A stretch of DNA of 64,000 nucleotides from Gammaproteobacteria bacterium (GTDB lineage Bacteria > Pseudomonadota > Gammaproteobacteria > JAJFKG01), in the NCBI GenBank assembly GCA_021773335.1, contig JAJFKG010000051.1, positions 133,985-197,984 on the forward strand, written 5' to 3'. The notes under the pieces are model-generated. The model was not told the origin of the DNA and made no database searches. It saw only the letters and a list, made by a program, of their open reading frames with translations. A program made the translations under genes and the position numbers. Below, one piece after another: positions 19,867 through 30,000 of this stretch; position 1 is the first letter of the stretch, and every line of letters starts with the position of its first letter.

Positions 19867-20736
19867 ATGGCAAATGAAACTATGACACCTGAAAGTAATA
19901 CCCCTGAGCTTAATACAAGCATCAATAATGGCCCCGGCGAATTAGTCCTCGATCCTAAACATCCTGGTATCAATGATGCAGACTATGTTGCGCGGCGTAA
20001 GTTGTTTTTTGATACCTCGCGTCGTCATCGTCTCGCCAAATTAGCACCACCTGAGATTGAATATAGCGAAGAAGAACACAACATATGGCGCTATATTTAT
20101 GCAAAATTAGATGCGGCACACCAAACTAAAGCATGGTCAGTTTATTTGGCAGGTAAGCAAGCCTTAGGCTTGGATGTTGCGCATATGCCACAATTAAACT
20201 CTTTGAGTGAGCGTTTGCAACAAGAACATGGTATTTCATTATTGCCGGCGGAAGGTTTGTTAGATACGCGCGATTTTCATGCCCACCTTTATCAAGGCAT
20301 TATGCCATGCACCCAATTCATTCGGCATGCATCAAATCCAGAATATACGCCTGAGCCTGATGCCGTGCATGATGTGTTGGGCCATTTGCCTGCACTAATG
20401 GATAAAGAGTACGGCGAATTGACGAGTTTGATCGGTCATGGGGTTAACCTTTCTAAAGATGAACAATTGCAAGCTTGGGATCGCATTTATTGGTTTACCA
20501 TTGAGTTTGGCCTCATTGAAGAAGATGGTGAGTTAAAGGCGTTTGGTGCCGGATTGTTATCGTCGTTTGGTGAAATGGAATATTGTTTTTCCGAGCAAGT
20601 AGAACGTCGTCCATTATCGATTGCCCAAATTGTTAAGACCGATTATGATCCCACGCAGATGCAAAATGTTTTATTTGTGATTCCATCCTTAGCTGAATTG
20701 CGTCGTCAGATTGAAGCGTTTATTAAAACACTCTAG
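19867..20736 (+). CDS. phhA: Biopterin-dependent aromatic amino acid hydroxylase, probably phenylalanine 4-monooxygenase
   Basis: YTPEPDAVHDVLGH (two Fe-ligand His), YWFTIEFGL (Glu ligand), GAGLLSSFGE. Confidence 0.88.
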   Translation: MANETMTPESNTPELNTSINNGPGELVLDPKHPGINDADYVARRKLFFDTSRRHRLAKLAPPEIEYSEEEHNIWRYIYAKLDAAHQTKAWSVYLAGKQALGLDVAHMPQLNSLSERLQQEHGISLLPAEGLLDTRDFHAHLYQGIMPCTQFIRHASNPEYTPEPDAVHDVLGHLPALMDKEYGELTSLIGHGVNLSKDEQLQAWDRIYWFTIEFGLIEEDGELKAFGAGLLSSFGEMEYCFSEQVERRPLSIAQIVKTDYDPTQMQNVLFVIPSLAELRRQIEAFIKTL

Positions 20737-20783
20737 TTGCTTAAGCGCTAGCCTGGGAAATAATAAAAGAACAAGGATTACCA

Positions 20784-21866
20784 ATGCCAGAAATACCTTA
20801 TACGGGTCTCGTCGATAAGTACCGTTCGCGCTTACCCATCGGCAAAGACACGCCTGCTGTCAGCCTCAATGAAGGTAATACACCGTTGATTCAGCTGCGC
20901 AATATTCCTAAATCGTTAAATATTTCCGTCGATATATTTGTAAAGTATGAAGGCTTAAATCCCACTGCTTCTTTTAAAGATCGTGGTATGACCGTAGCTG
21001 TCACTAAAGCAGTCGAAGAGGGGAGTCAAGCAATCTTATGTGCTTCGACTGGCAATACTTCTGCTGCGGCAGCGGCTTATGCGAGTCGCGCTGCGATTAA
21101 AGCATTTGTGATTATTCCTGAAGGTAAGATTGCTCTAGGCAAATTGGCGCAAGCGCGTATGCATGGCGCGACTATTTTACAAATCAAAGGTAATTTTGAT
21201 GCGGGCATGGAGCTTGTCAAACAAGTCGCAAGCGAAGTGCCGATAACGATCGTCAATTCGATTAATCCGTATCGTTTGCAAGGGCAAAAGACGGCAGCTT
21301 TTGAGATCATCGAAGCATTAGGCAAAGCACCTGACTATCATTGTTTGCCTGTGGGCAATGCCGGTAATATCAGTGCCTATTGGATGGGATACAATGAGTA
21401 TTTTAATGCTGGCATCGCAACAACACGTCCTATGATGCTAGGTTATCAAGCTAGCGGTGCCGCACCTTTTCTCCGTGGTCATCCCATTGAGTATCCCGAA
21501 ACTGTTGCGACAGCGATCCGCATCGGCAATCCACAGTCATGGGATTTGGCTTGTCAAGCGCAACAAGAATCTGAGGGTTGGTTTGCTGAATTAAGCGACG
21601 AAAAAATTTTAGCAGCACAGCGTTTATTAGCGGAAAAGGAAGGCATTTTTTGTGAGCCTGCGTCTGCTGCTTCAATTGCGGGCTTATTGCGCGATATAGA
21701 ACAAGCAAAGATTGCTACCGGTAGCACGGTTGTTTGCACACTCACAGGACACGGTTTAAAAGATCCAGATATAGCGATTGCACAAAGCCAAGCACCTATG
21801 CTCAATGTTGATGCCAAGTTAGCTGCAGTTAAAGAGGCAATCAGCTCACGCTTAAACGGCCAATAA
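20784..21866 (+). CDS. thrC: Threonine synthase
   Basis: [34 protein letters not shown]. Confidence 0.96.
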   Translation: MPEIPYTGLVDKYRSRLPIGKDTPAVSLNEGNTPLIQLRNIPKSLNISVDIFVKYEGLNPTASFKDRGMTVAVTKAVEEGSQAILCASTGNTSAAAAAYASRAAIKAFVIIPEGKIALGKLAQARMHGATILQIKGNFDAGMELVKQVASEVPITIVNSINPYRLQGQKTAAFEIIEALGKAPDYHCLPVGNAGNISAYWMGYNEYFNAGIATTRPMMLGYQASGAAPFLRGHPIEYPETVATAIRIGNPQSWDLACQAQQESEGWFAELSDEKILAAQRLLAEKEGIFCEPASAASIAGLLRDIEQAKIATGSTVVCTLTGHGLKDPDIAIAQSQAPMLNVDAKLAAVKEAISSRLNGQ

Positions 21867-21887
21867 AATAATAATGGTAAAATAACG

Positions 21888-23675
21888 ATGACAAAAATAA
21901 TAATACGCCGCCACAAGCAAGAAACCACCACAACTTTACCCGAGCACATCCACCCTGTCTTGCGTCGTGTGTACAAAAACCGCGGGATTGCGAGTGAAGA
22001 TGAATTAAACACCGAATTGCCAGGGCTGTTGCCTTTTACCGATTTGCTCGGGATCGATAAAGCCATTGAAATATTATATGCTGCATTACAGCAACAAGAG
22101 CGTGTTTTAATTGTCGGTGATTTTGATGCCGATGGTGCGACGAGTACGGCTGTTGCGATTAGTGCACTACGCAGTTTTGGTTTTTTGCATGTCAATTTTA
22201 TTGTGCCTAATCGTTTTGAATATGGTTATGGCTTAACACCTGAGATAGTTGCAGCTGCATGTCAATGGCAACCGGATATCATCATCACTGTAGACAACGG
22301 CATCTCGAGTTGTGCCGGTGCTGCGTATGCCAAAGAGCAAGGTATGCAAGTCATTGTTACTGATCATCATTTGCCAGGTGCAGAGTTACCGGCTGCCGAT
22401 GCGATCGTCAATCCCAACCAAGTGGGCTGCCCGTTTGCGAGTAAAAACCTTGCCGGTGTTGGCGTTATTTTTTATGTGATGCTCGCTTTACGGAGTTATC
22501 TGCGTGATAAAAATTGGTTTGCCATTCAGCATTTGCCGGTGCCAAATATGGGACAATTACTTGATTTAGTGGCTTTGGGCACGGTCGCTGATGTCGTTCC
22601 CTTAGATCGCAATAATCGCATTTTAGTGCGCCAGGGTTTGCAGCGTATCCGTGCCGGTAAAAGCCGCATTGGTATCGATGCCTTATTGGCGGTGGCTAAA
22701 CGCCAAGCTGAAAATGTTACCGCGAGTGATATGGGTTTTGCCCTGGGGCCGCGGCTTAATGCGGCAGGGCGCTTAGATGATATGTCACTGGGGATCCATT
22801 GTTTGCTGTGCGATGATCCAATCATGGCAAAACGTATGGCGTTAAACTTAGATAATCTAAATAAAGAACGCCGTAGCATCGAAGAAACCATGCAAGAACA
22901 AGCACAGCAGGCGTTGGCAAAGTTCGATCGTCAACATGAACATGATAGCGAGAATTTGCCATTGGGTGTGTGTTTGTTTGATCCCCAGTGGCACCAAGGT
23001 GTGATTGGCATTTTGGCGGGGCGTCTGAAAGATAAATTACACCGGCCTGTGATTGCCTTTGCTGTTGCTAATGATGATGAAGTTAAGGGTTCGGCGCGTT
23101 CAATTGCCGGTGTTCATATCCGTGATGTCTTGGATGCTATTGCCAAGCAATATCCAGAGTTGATTAGCAAGTTTGGTGGACATGCTATGGCGGCTGGACT
23201 AACCATTAAACGCAGCGATTTTCCCGCATTTGCGCAAGCATTTGCCGCACAGGTAAGTCAGCACTGCGATGCCGATATTTTACAAAGTAAAATCTATAGT
23301 GATGGTGAGTTACAGGCCGAAGACTTTTCTCTTTCATTAGCTCAATCACTGCGTGCAGCGGGGCCGTGGGGACAAGCCTTCCCGGAACCATTGTTTGACG
23401 GGCAATTTGAAGTGCTGAAGCAGCGCGTAGTTGGTGAAAAACACTTAAAATTACTCTTACGCCCGCTGAATAGTGATCAAGCTTTAGATGCCATCTTTTT
23501 TAATCCTGATCTTGATGCGTGGGGTAATACGACAGCCGCTGCCACTCGTCAGCATGTTACTTTGGCTTATCGCCTAGACGTCAATCATTATCGCGGCGAA
23601 GAGAATGTGCAACTTGTGGTAGAGCTAGCACTCGAGAAGGAACAAGTGCTAGCAGAACAAGTAGTGATGGAGTAA
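21888..23675 (+). CDS. recJ: ssDNA-specific exonuclease RecJ
   Basis: GDFDADG, TVDNG, TDHH, GPRLNAAGRL, GGHAMAAG. Confidence 0.98.
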   Translation: MTKIIIRRHKQETTTTLPEHIHPVLRRVYKNRGIASEDELNTELPGLLPFTDLLGIDKAIEILYAALQQQERVLIVGDFDADGATSTAVAISALRSFGFLHVNFIVPNRFEYGYGLTPEIVAAACQWQPDIIITVDNGISSCAGAAYAKEQGMQVIVTDHHLPGAELPAADAIVNPNQVGCPFASKNLAGVGVIFYVMLALRSYLRDKNWFAIQHLPVPNMGQLLDLVALGTVADVVPLDRNNRILVRQGLQRIRAGKSRIGIDALLAVAKRQAENVTASDMGFALGPRLNAAGRLDDMSLGIHCLLCDDPIMAKRMALNLDNLNKERRSIEETMQEQAQQALAKFDRQHEHDSENLPLGVCLFDPQWHQGVIGILAGRLKDKLHRPVIAFAVANDDEVKGSARSIAGVHIRDVLDAIAKQYPELISKFGGHAMAAGLTIKRSDFPAFAQAFAAQVSQHCDADILQSKIYSDGELQAEDFSLSLAQSLRAAGPWGQAFPEPLFDGQFEVLKQRVVGEKHLKLLLRPLNSDQALDAIFFNPDLDAWGNTTAAATRQHVTLAYRLDVNHYRGEENVQLVVELALEKEQVLAEQVVME

Positions 23676-23681
23676 TAAACT

Positions 23682-23993
23682 ATGTACAAGATTTGCTTTT
23701 ACGTACCGGAAACCCATGTTGAAAAAGTCAAAGCAGCCATCTTTACAGTGGGTGCAGGTAAAATCGGTGATTATGGAAGTTGTTGTTGGCAGGTGCTGGG
23801 AGAGGGACAATTTAAACCTTTAGCGGGTAGCCAGCCATATCTTGGGCAGCGCGATCAGTTAGAAACGGTTGCTGAATACAAGGTTGAAACAGTGTGTCAA
23901 GATGCGGATGTATGGGATGTTGTCGCTGCATTGAAAGAGGCCCATCCGTATGAGGAGCCGGCATATGATGTGTGGCAACTCGCTGATATATAG
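23682..23993 (+). CDS. YqfO/NIF3-associated small protein
   Basis: GAGKIGDY, GQFKPL, AHPYEEPAYD. Confidence 0.88.
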   Translation: MYKICFYVPETHVEKVKAAIFTVGAGKIGDYGSCCWQVLGEGQFKPLAGSQPYLGQRDQLETVAEYKVETVCQDADVWDVVAALKEAHPYEEPAYDVWQLADI

Positions 23994-24160
23994 TCGGGCT
24001 TGCATAAAAGCGCAATCTCTTCGTTAAGAATAATTTTTAACTCAGTCATTTAGGGCGACTAAACTTCTTCGTCAAAAATTATTCTTGCCTCGACCTTGCG
24101 TTTTTCTGCAAGCCCTTGCTTAGGTAAGGATAATCTCTTCGTTAAGAATAATTTTTAACT
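23994..24160. repeat. ERIC-like palindrome followed by a 29-bp partial duplication
   Basis: Arms GGGCTTGCA.AAAA.CGCAA/TTGCG.TTTT.TGCAAGCCC, core CAGTCATTTAG-GGCGA-CTAAACTTC; 24014-24042 repeated exactly at 24132-24160. Confidence 0.75.
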
Positions 24161-24168
24161 GAGTTCAG

Positions 24169-24197
24169 ACTTGTCCCCCCCTAGGGGTGGGACGTAT
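24169..24197 (+). repeat. Degenerate CTGGTCCCACC-family hairpin
   Basis: ACTTGTCCCCCCC-TA-GGGGTGGGACGTAT. Confidence 0.6.
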
Positions 24198-24225
24198 AGC
24201 CATGGGTGCTGCTGCGCCCATTCTA

Positions 24226-25146
24226 TCAATTCACCCGCGCAATCACAAATTCAGCTAATTCACGCAAACGCGTAAAATCCACGCCAGTCTTATCGAGACA
24301 ACTCAACGCGTGTTCATACAAGCGTTGCGCTTTTTGTTTAGCGCCATCCAGGCCCAACAATTTTGGATATGTCGCTTTATCACTCGTGATATCTGCGCCT
24401 TGCGTTTTGCCTAAAATTTCACTGCTGCTTTCAATATCGATGATATCGTCACGAATCTGAAAGGCTAGACCAATGCTAGCCGCATATTCACTCAGCAAAT
24501 CAAGCCGATGCTTATTGCCACATTGCGCGGCTAAAGCACCTAATTGTACACTAGCAATGATCAATGCCCCGGTCTTCATGCGGTGAATGTTTTCTAATTG
24601 ATGCAAATCGATCAATTGATTTTCTGCGGACATATCTAAGGCTTGCCCACCAGCCATACCATGTGAATTAATTGCGTTGGCCAAAGTACGTAACATTGTG
24701 ACTTGGATCTCAGCCGGAAGTTTTAAATTAGCACTAGCTAATAGACTAAAAGCATGACTTTGCAGCGCATCGCCTGCCAAGATAGCGGTTGCTTCACTAA
24801 ACGCCTTATGGCAAGTTGGTTTGCCACGACGTAAATCATCATCATCCATGGCGGGTAAATCATCGTGAATCAACGAGTAAGCATGCACCAGTTCCACCGC
24901 GGCTGCGCAGGCATCGCTACTGCTTTGATACGCTTTAGCATCGAGTTCAGCATTCGCGAGCAACGCGTCTGCAGTGGCATAGACCAACATGGCGCGTAAG
25001 CGCTTGCCGCCATTGAGCACGCTATAGCGCATGGCTTCATGTAATTCGCTGGGTTGCGTGCTGACAGCAGGCAACACTGTCTCTAAGTAATGTTGGATCC
25101 GCTGCTGGCATTCTTGTAAATAAGCCTTAAAATCCACGTATTTCAC
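24226..25146 (-). CDS. ispA: Farnesyl diphosphate synthase
   Basis: GGKRLR, SLIHDDLPAMDDDDLRRG, FQIRDDIID. Confidence 0.96.
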   Translation of the reverse strand: MKYVDFKAYLQECQQRIQHYLETVLPAVSTQPSELHEAMRYSVLNGGKRLRAMLVYATADALLANAELDAKAYQSSSDACAAAVELVHAYSLIHDDLPAMDDDDLRRGKPTCHKAFSEATAILAGDALQSHAFSLLASANLKLPAEIQVTMLRTLANAINSHGMAGGQALDMSAENQLIDLHQLENIHRMKTGALIIASVQLGALAAQCGNKHRLDLLSEYAASIGLAFQIRDDIIDIESSSEILGKTQGADITSDKATYPKLLGLDGAKQKAQRLYEHALSCLDKTGVDFTRLRELAEFVIARVN

Positions 25147-25263
25147 CCCTATAACTGACTGTTTTTAGAGAATTTATCGCTAATGACTATCGGTAAAGGC
25201 GCCAATTGTACTATAATGGCCGGCTATTGTGTAATGAGAGACGAACAAAATAGGCAAAGACCC

Positions 25264-25812
25264 ATGACGAGCGCAGAACGAGTCATTTTAGTTGACGAAC
25301 AAGACCGTGAGATAGGTACGGAAGAAAAGCAAGCCGCACATGCGAAGGCCTTGTGTCATCGCGCTTTTTCAGTGTTTATTTTTCGCCAAATCGAGGGTGA
25401 ACCTGCTTTATTGCTACAGCAGCGTAACCCTGAAAAATACCATTGTGGGGGCTTGTGGACGAATACCTGCTGTAGTCACCCGCGCCCTGGCGAAGAAATC
25501 ATTACCGCAGGCCAACGCCGCTTGCGTGAAGAAATGGGAATTGATACCACTCTATTTTATGTTGATAAGTTTCATTATATTGCCAAGTTTGATAATGGCT
25601 TGACTGAAAATGAAGTCGATCACGTCTTAGTTGGCAGCATTGATTACGATGATTTTGAGCTCAACCCCGAAGAAGCAAGTGATTGTCGTTGGCAGCATCC
25701 TGACAAGGTTTTACAAGATATACAAGCCAATCCCAATGCCTACACACCTTGGTTCAAACAAGCTTTGCAATTGGTGCTTGATAAGGGCGCCTTGGCAACT
25801 TTATTTGCCTGA
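25264..25812 (+). CDS. idi: Type 1 isopentenyl-diphosphate delta-isomerase
   Basis: HRAFSVF, WTNTCCSHP, ENEVDHV, YTPW; exact start uncertain. Confidence 0.95.
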   Translation: MTSAERVILVDEQDREIGTEEKQAAHAKALCHRAFSVFIFRQIEGEPALLLQQRNPEKYHCGGLWTNTCCSHPRPGEEIITAGQRRLREEMGIDTTLFYVDKFHYIAKFDNGLTENEVDHVLVGSIDYDDFELNPEEASDCRWQHPDKVLQDIQANPNAYTPWFKQALQLVLDKGALATLFA

Positions 25813-25830
25813 GCAAACAAAGGCTTTGTT

Positions 25831-26841
25831 ATGTTAGATCGCACTATCTCTATTGCGCCCATGATGGATTGCACGGATAGGCATTACCGTTATTTGGCCC
25901 GTTTACTTTCCAAACATGTTTTATTGTATAGTGAAATGGTGCATTGCAATGCCATTATCCATGGTGATCGCGAGCGGCATTTACGTTTCAATGGGGAGGA
26001 GCATCCGGTTGCTTTACAACTTGGTGGCGCCAATCCGCAAGATCTCGCTCAAGCGGCAAAAATTGCTGAAGATTATGGTTATGATGAAGTGAATCTCAAT
26101 GTGGGTTGTCCTAGTAGTCGCGTGCAAGCAGGGCGTTTTGGTGCTTGTTTAATGGCCGAGCCAGCATTAGTGGCAGCATGTATTGTAGCGATGCGCGAAG
26201 TGGTGTCCATTCCTGTGACAGTAAAAACACGCCTGGGTATTGACTATCAGGATAGTGATAAATTGTTGCATCAGTTTATTGCTAGCGTCGCTGCAGCGGG
26301 TTGTGAGGTTTTTATTGTGCATGCACGTAAAGCATGGCTAACAGGCCTCAGTCCAAAACAAAATCGTGATGTGCCACCATTGCAATACGAGCGGGTTTAT
26401 CGTTTACGTGAAGTTTTTCCACAATTAACTATCGTCATCAATGGTGGAATCAAAACCGCACAAGCGATCGGCGACCACCTCGCTCACGTTGATGGCGTGA
26501 TGATCGGGCGTGAGGCATATCATAATCTGTATTGGCTAGCAGCTTTGGAGCAGCGCTTTTACCCTAACAATGATGCTGTTCCTGGTCGTGCCGCGATACT
26601 TGCTGAATACAGCGACTATATCGCGGCACAATACGCTCAAGGTGTGCCGTTAAACCTCATGACGCGTCATCTTATTGGTTTATATCAAGGTATGCCCGGG
26701 GCCAAGCAGTGGCGTAGATTTTTATGCAATAATGCATTAAAAAGTGATGCGCAACTTTTTGATTTTTTACGCGCAAAGCACAAAATAGCTGCTATTCTTA
26801 GTACTAAAGGGCAGGTTAGTGAACAGCTAGCCACACAATAA
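25831..26841 (+). CDS. dusA: tRNA-dihydrouridine(20/20a) synthase
   Basis: APMMDCTDRHYR, NLNVGCPS, HARKAWLTGLSPKQNR. Confidence 0.97.
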   Translation: MLDRTISIAPMMDCTDRHYRYLARLLSKHVLLYSEMVHCNAIIHGDRERHLRFNGEEHPVALQLGGANPQDLAQAAKIAEDYGYDEVNLNVGCPSSRVQAGRFGACLMAEPALVAACIVAMREVVSIPVTVKTRLGIDYQDSDKLLHQFIASVAAAGCEVFIVHARKAWLTGLSPKQNRDVPPLQYERVYRLREVFPQLTIVINGGIKTAQAIGDHLAHVDGVMIGREAYHNLYWLAALEQRFYPNNDAVPGRAAILAEYSDYIAAQYAQGVPLNLMTRHLIGLYQGMPGAKQWRRFLCNNALKSDAQLFDFLRAKHKIAAILSTKGQVSEQLATQ

Positions 26842-27044
26842 AAGCCCGCTTCAAATGCAACAAATGACACGACAATAAAAGAAAAAACACAGTAAGTTGT
26901 GTGTCTCACACAGAGAATGGACTCTCTGCAGAAAATCAAACACAATATGCACCAAGCTCCTGTGTTTGTAATAATAAGCACTATGGACAGATAACGAGTA
27001 AGCCGTTTGCGGTAGTGGTACATATTGTTTTGGTGGGGAATCCT

Positions 27045-30000
27045 ATGGTTGATAAAGTTGGTACTGAACAAGCTATTTTGCGGCGTGTAGCGACGCGTAA
27101 ACAGTTGCGAGATATGCTTGGTGGAACGGCAGCTCGAACCATGCCGGATTTGCGGGAGCGTCTGAGTGCAGATGTTGTGCCGACTTTACGCAGAGCAGCC
27201 ACTGAAACAGCAATCACGCGCAAGGGCGCAAAAAAACGTGACCGTTCTTCACGTATGTATGCTGGTAGTAAAAAAGCGAAAGAGGTGAAATCAGCTGCTG
27301 CACAAGTTGCTTATCAACATTTGAAGGAAACTGCGGAAAAAGCATTTGCAGAATCAGCGCACACCACTGATACGCTGACAGTGTCATCCGAACAGGCAAC
27401 AGCGACACTCACGCAATTGCAAGCAAGCTTAGAAGGTTTTGCTAGCAGGGCCGCAGAGTTTACGCAATCAGGACTGGCACGTGAGGTTGCTGCAAACTTA
27501 GGTGGTCATTTAGCATTTATCATCTACGATGCGCACAATTTACAAGCAGATGTCGTGGCAATGCAGGTCGCATTAGCTCAGGCTGGTTCACATGCTGATT
27601 TAGAAGCGCTTTATGAAAAAATCCAACGACACCCGCTCTTTGATGCCAAGGCGCCTGAATTTGCCAATGGTATACAACCTAGTGCACTCCGTGCCTTCAC
27701 TAGTATTGAAGTATTAACGAGACAGTTGTCAGCACTCAGCACACAAGCTGATGCCTTCGTGGCAACCTTGGGCGAACAATATAGTGAGCTAGCTATAACC
27801 GCTGGTCCAGATTTTACCGCAGGGTTCGTGCAAACGACGCAACAGCTGGCTGGATATCAAAGTCTGAAACAACACATCGTTTCGCAGCTAGATGCTGTTA
27901 ATCCAGATTCATTGCTGGCTTCTATGGGCCGTGTGCAAGATGAGATACAAGCAGCTGGCATTACTCGTGATAATGTTGGGAAAGCTTCGATAACGCAGAG
28001 AAGTCGTTGGTTGGGGCAGTACCGCATAGCACGTAGCCAAGTCGATGCGTTGCTTGAGCAAAAAGAAGAAATTAGCAGTCTTGCTAATAAATTAGCTAAA
28101 CAACAAGGCGATTTAGGCGAGGGCTTGACTGGTTTTGCAAACGATAGTGCGGCGTTTTTGGCAGGCATAGGACCTCTTATTACTTCGAACCACGATGAAA
28201 ATAGCCTGATTAATCGTGAAAACCATTTAAATCACATTGCCAATGCGATTGAGTATATGGGCGGGGCACTGCCAGAGTCAGTGCATTTTGGAGATGACAC
28301 CAATAAAAAATTAACAGAATTAGCACAGGTGCTTGATCGCAAACCTGAAATGCAAACGGTAATTCGCAGTGCACAAGCGATCCTAAAAGCGCTAGTCAGC
28401 GATGCACGTTTGTCGCAAATGATGGAGTTTGCTGACAAACAAGCATCAGAGTTTGCCGCAATCAATGCAGAAAGTACAACTGCAATTGATATGCCACAAG
28501 CGGTTGCCCTGTTGGAGCGCCTGCAAACAGTGCGCCGTGAATTGCAAGATCACCAAGCAGGTTATAATGAAGCCTTTGCTACTGTGCAAGCTCAATTAAA
28601 AGATGCCACAGGTGCTTTTTTGACGGCAAAGGATGCGATACGTTCTGCGCTTGTCGCTCTGCCTGAAAAACAACAAAGCAAAATGCGTTCGCAAATGCGT
28701 ACGTGGAATAACTTGTTGGGGCAGTTACAAGGCCCACTAGGAATATTGAGTACAGACGGTGTGAGTTATGTCGATGCACAGTTGGAAAAAGTGGACTCTC
28801 TGGAAAGGCAAATTGAAAGTCACTTACAAACGCGTATGCAACAACAACGTGAAGTGCGTGAACAGCAACAATTGACAGAGGCACAAGCTAACCTGGCTAA
28901 GCTTGCAAAATTGGTTGCTGATCATGCTGAAAAAGCTGATTGGACGTCGGAACAATTAGCCCAGATAGTGGTGCGTTTAGAGTCGTCACAGCAGCAGTCG
29001 CAAGCATTACAAGGCAGAATTGATACTGAGACATTTGACGCGCTTGAAGAACGTCGTGATGCTATTCTCGAGCAAGGACGAGCTGCTGCTACCAGTGATT
29101 ATTTGCAAATTTTATTTGTACAAGGTGGTGCTGACCAAGACATGTTAGCTGTTGTATTGCCAGATGAGGTAAAACAACAATTAGGTGTCGCGCGTGGGCA
29201 ATTGACGGGTAATACAGACGCTTCGCCGACCACAACGTCGGCTGCCGTGGCAGAATCTTCTCGTAGTTTGTCAGCAAGCGTTGCTAGCACTGAAAAACCG
29301 GCGTCATCTGCCAGCAGCAGTGGTTCGCACGATGATATGGATATCTCTTTGCCAGAACGCGTAGCATGGCCTCGGCTAAGTGGCACCCGAACAGCGCGTA
29401 GCTTTACGGTGATGACACCAACAGGACATTTACGCGCAAAGTTTGAAAAGGCATTTGCTGATGTGCGTACGCGGCAAGCGGAAGCCTTAGCATTACACAA
29501 AGTAGCTCATAGTGCATTATTAGCAGCACGCAGTGACTATCATGAATGGCGCACAGAGGCTAGAGAACTTGAGCGATCTATTGGGACGCGCGTACCAGGT
29601 GAGGCTCTAGACAAATTAGCAAGCCTATTGGTTGCACAGCGCACATTGCAACAGGCAACAGTTGAGTCGGCTTTGATGCGGCAAGAAGCTGCTATAGGGG
29701 CTTCTGTAAAAATTAGGGCAGTGATACAGGCATTTGCTAACAATAAAGCCTTCTTCAAAGAAACGCCACCTACGGCTAAACACAGATTAGACGCTCTCCA
29801 TTCCGCTTTAATCAAATACAAAGATCAAGTGGATGCTTTTGTAACCGACGTGAGATTGCACACAGGTTTAATAGATCCTTCCTTGGCAAGCGCAGTACGC
29901 ATTAGCCCTGCCGGGAGTATGTTAATCACCAATAGTATTATTAACGCAATACTTAAGCACACTGATGGTATCACGCCTGATAGTGTGGAAGAATATCGCC

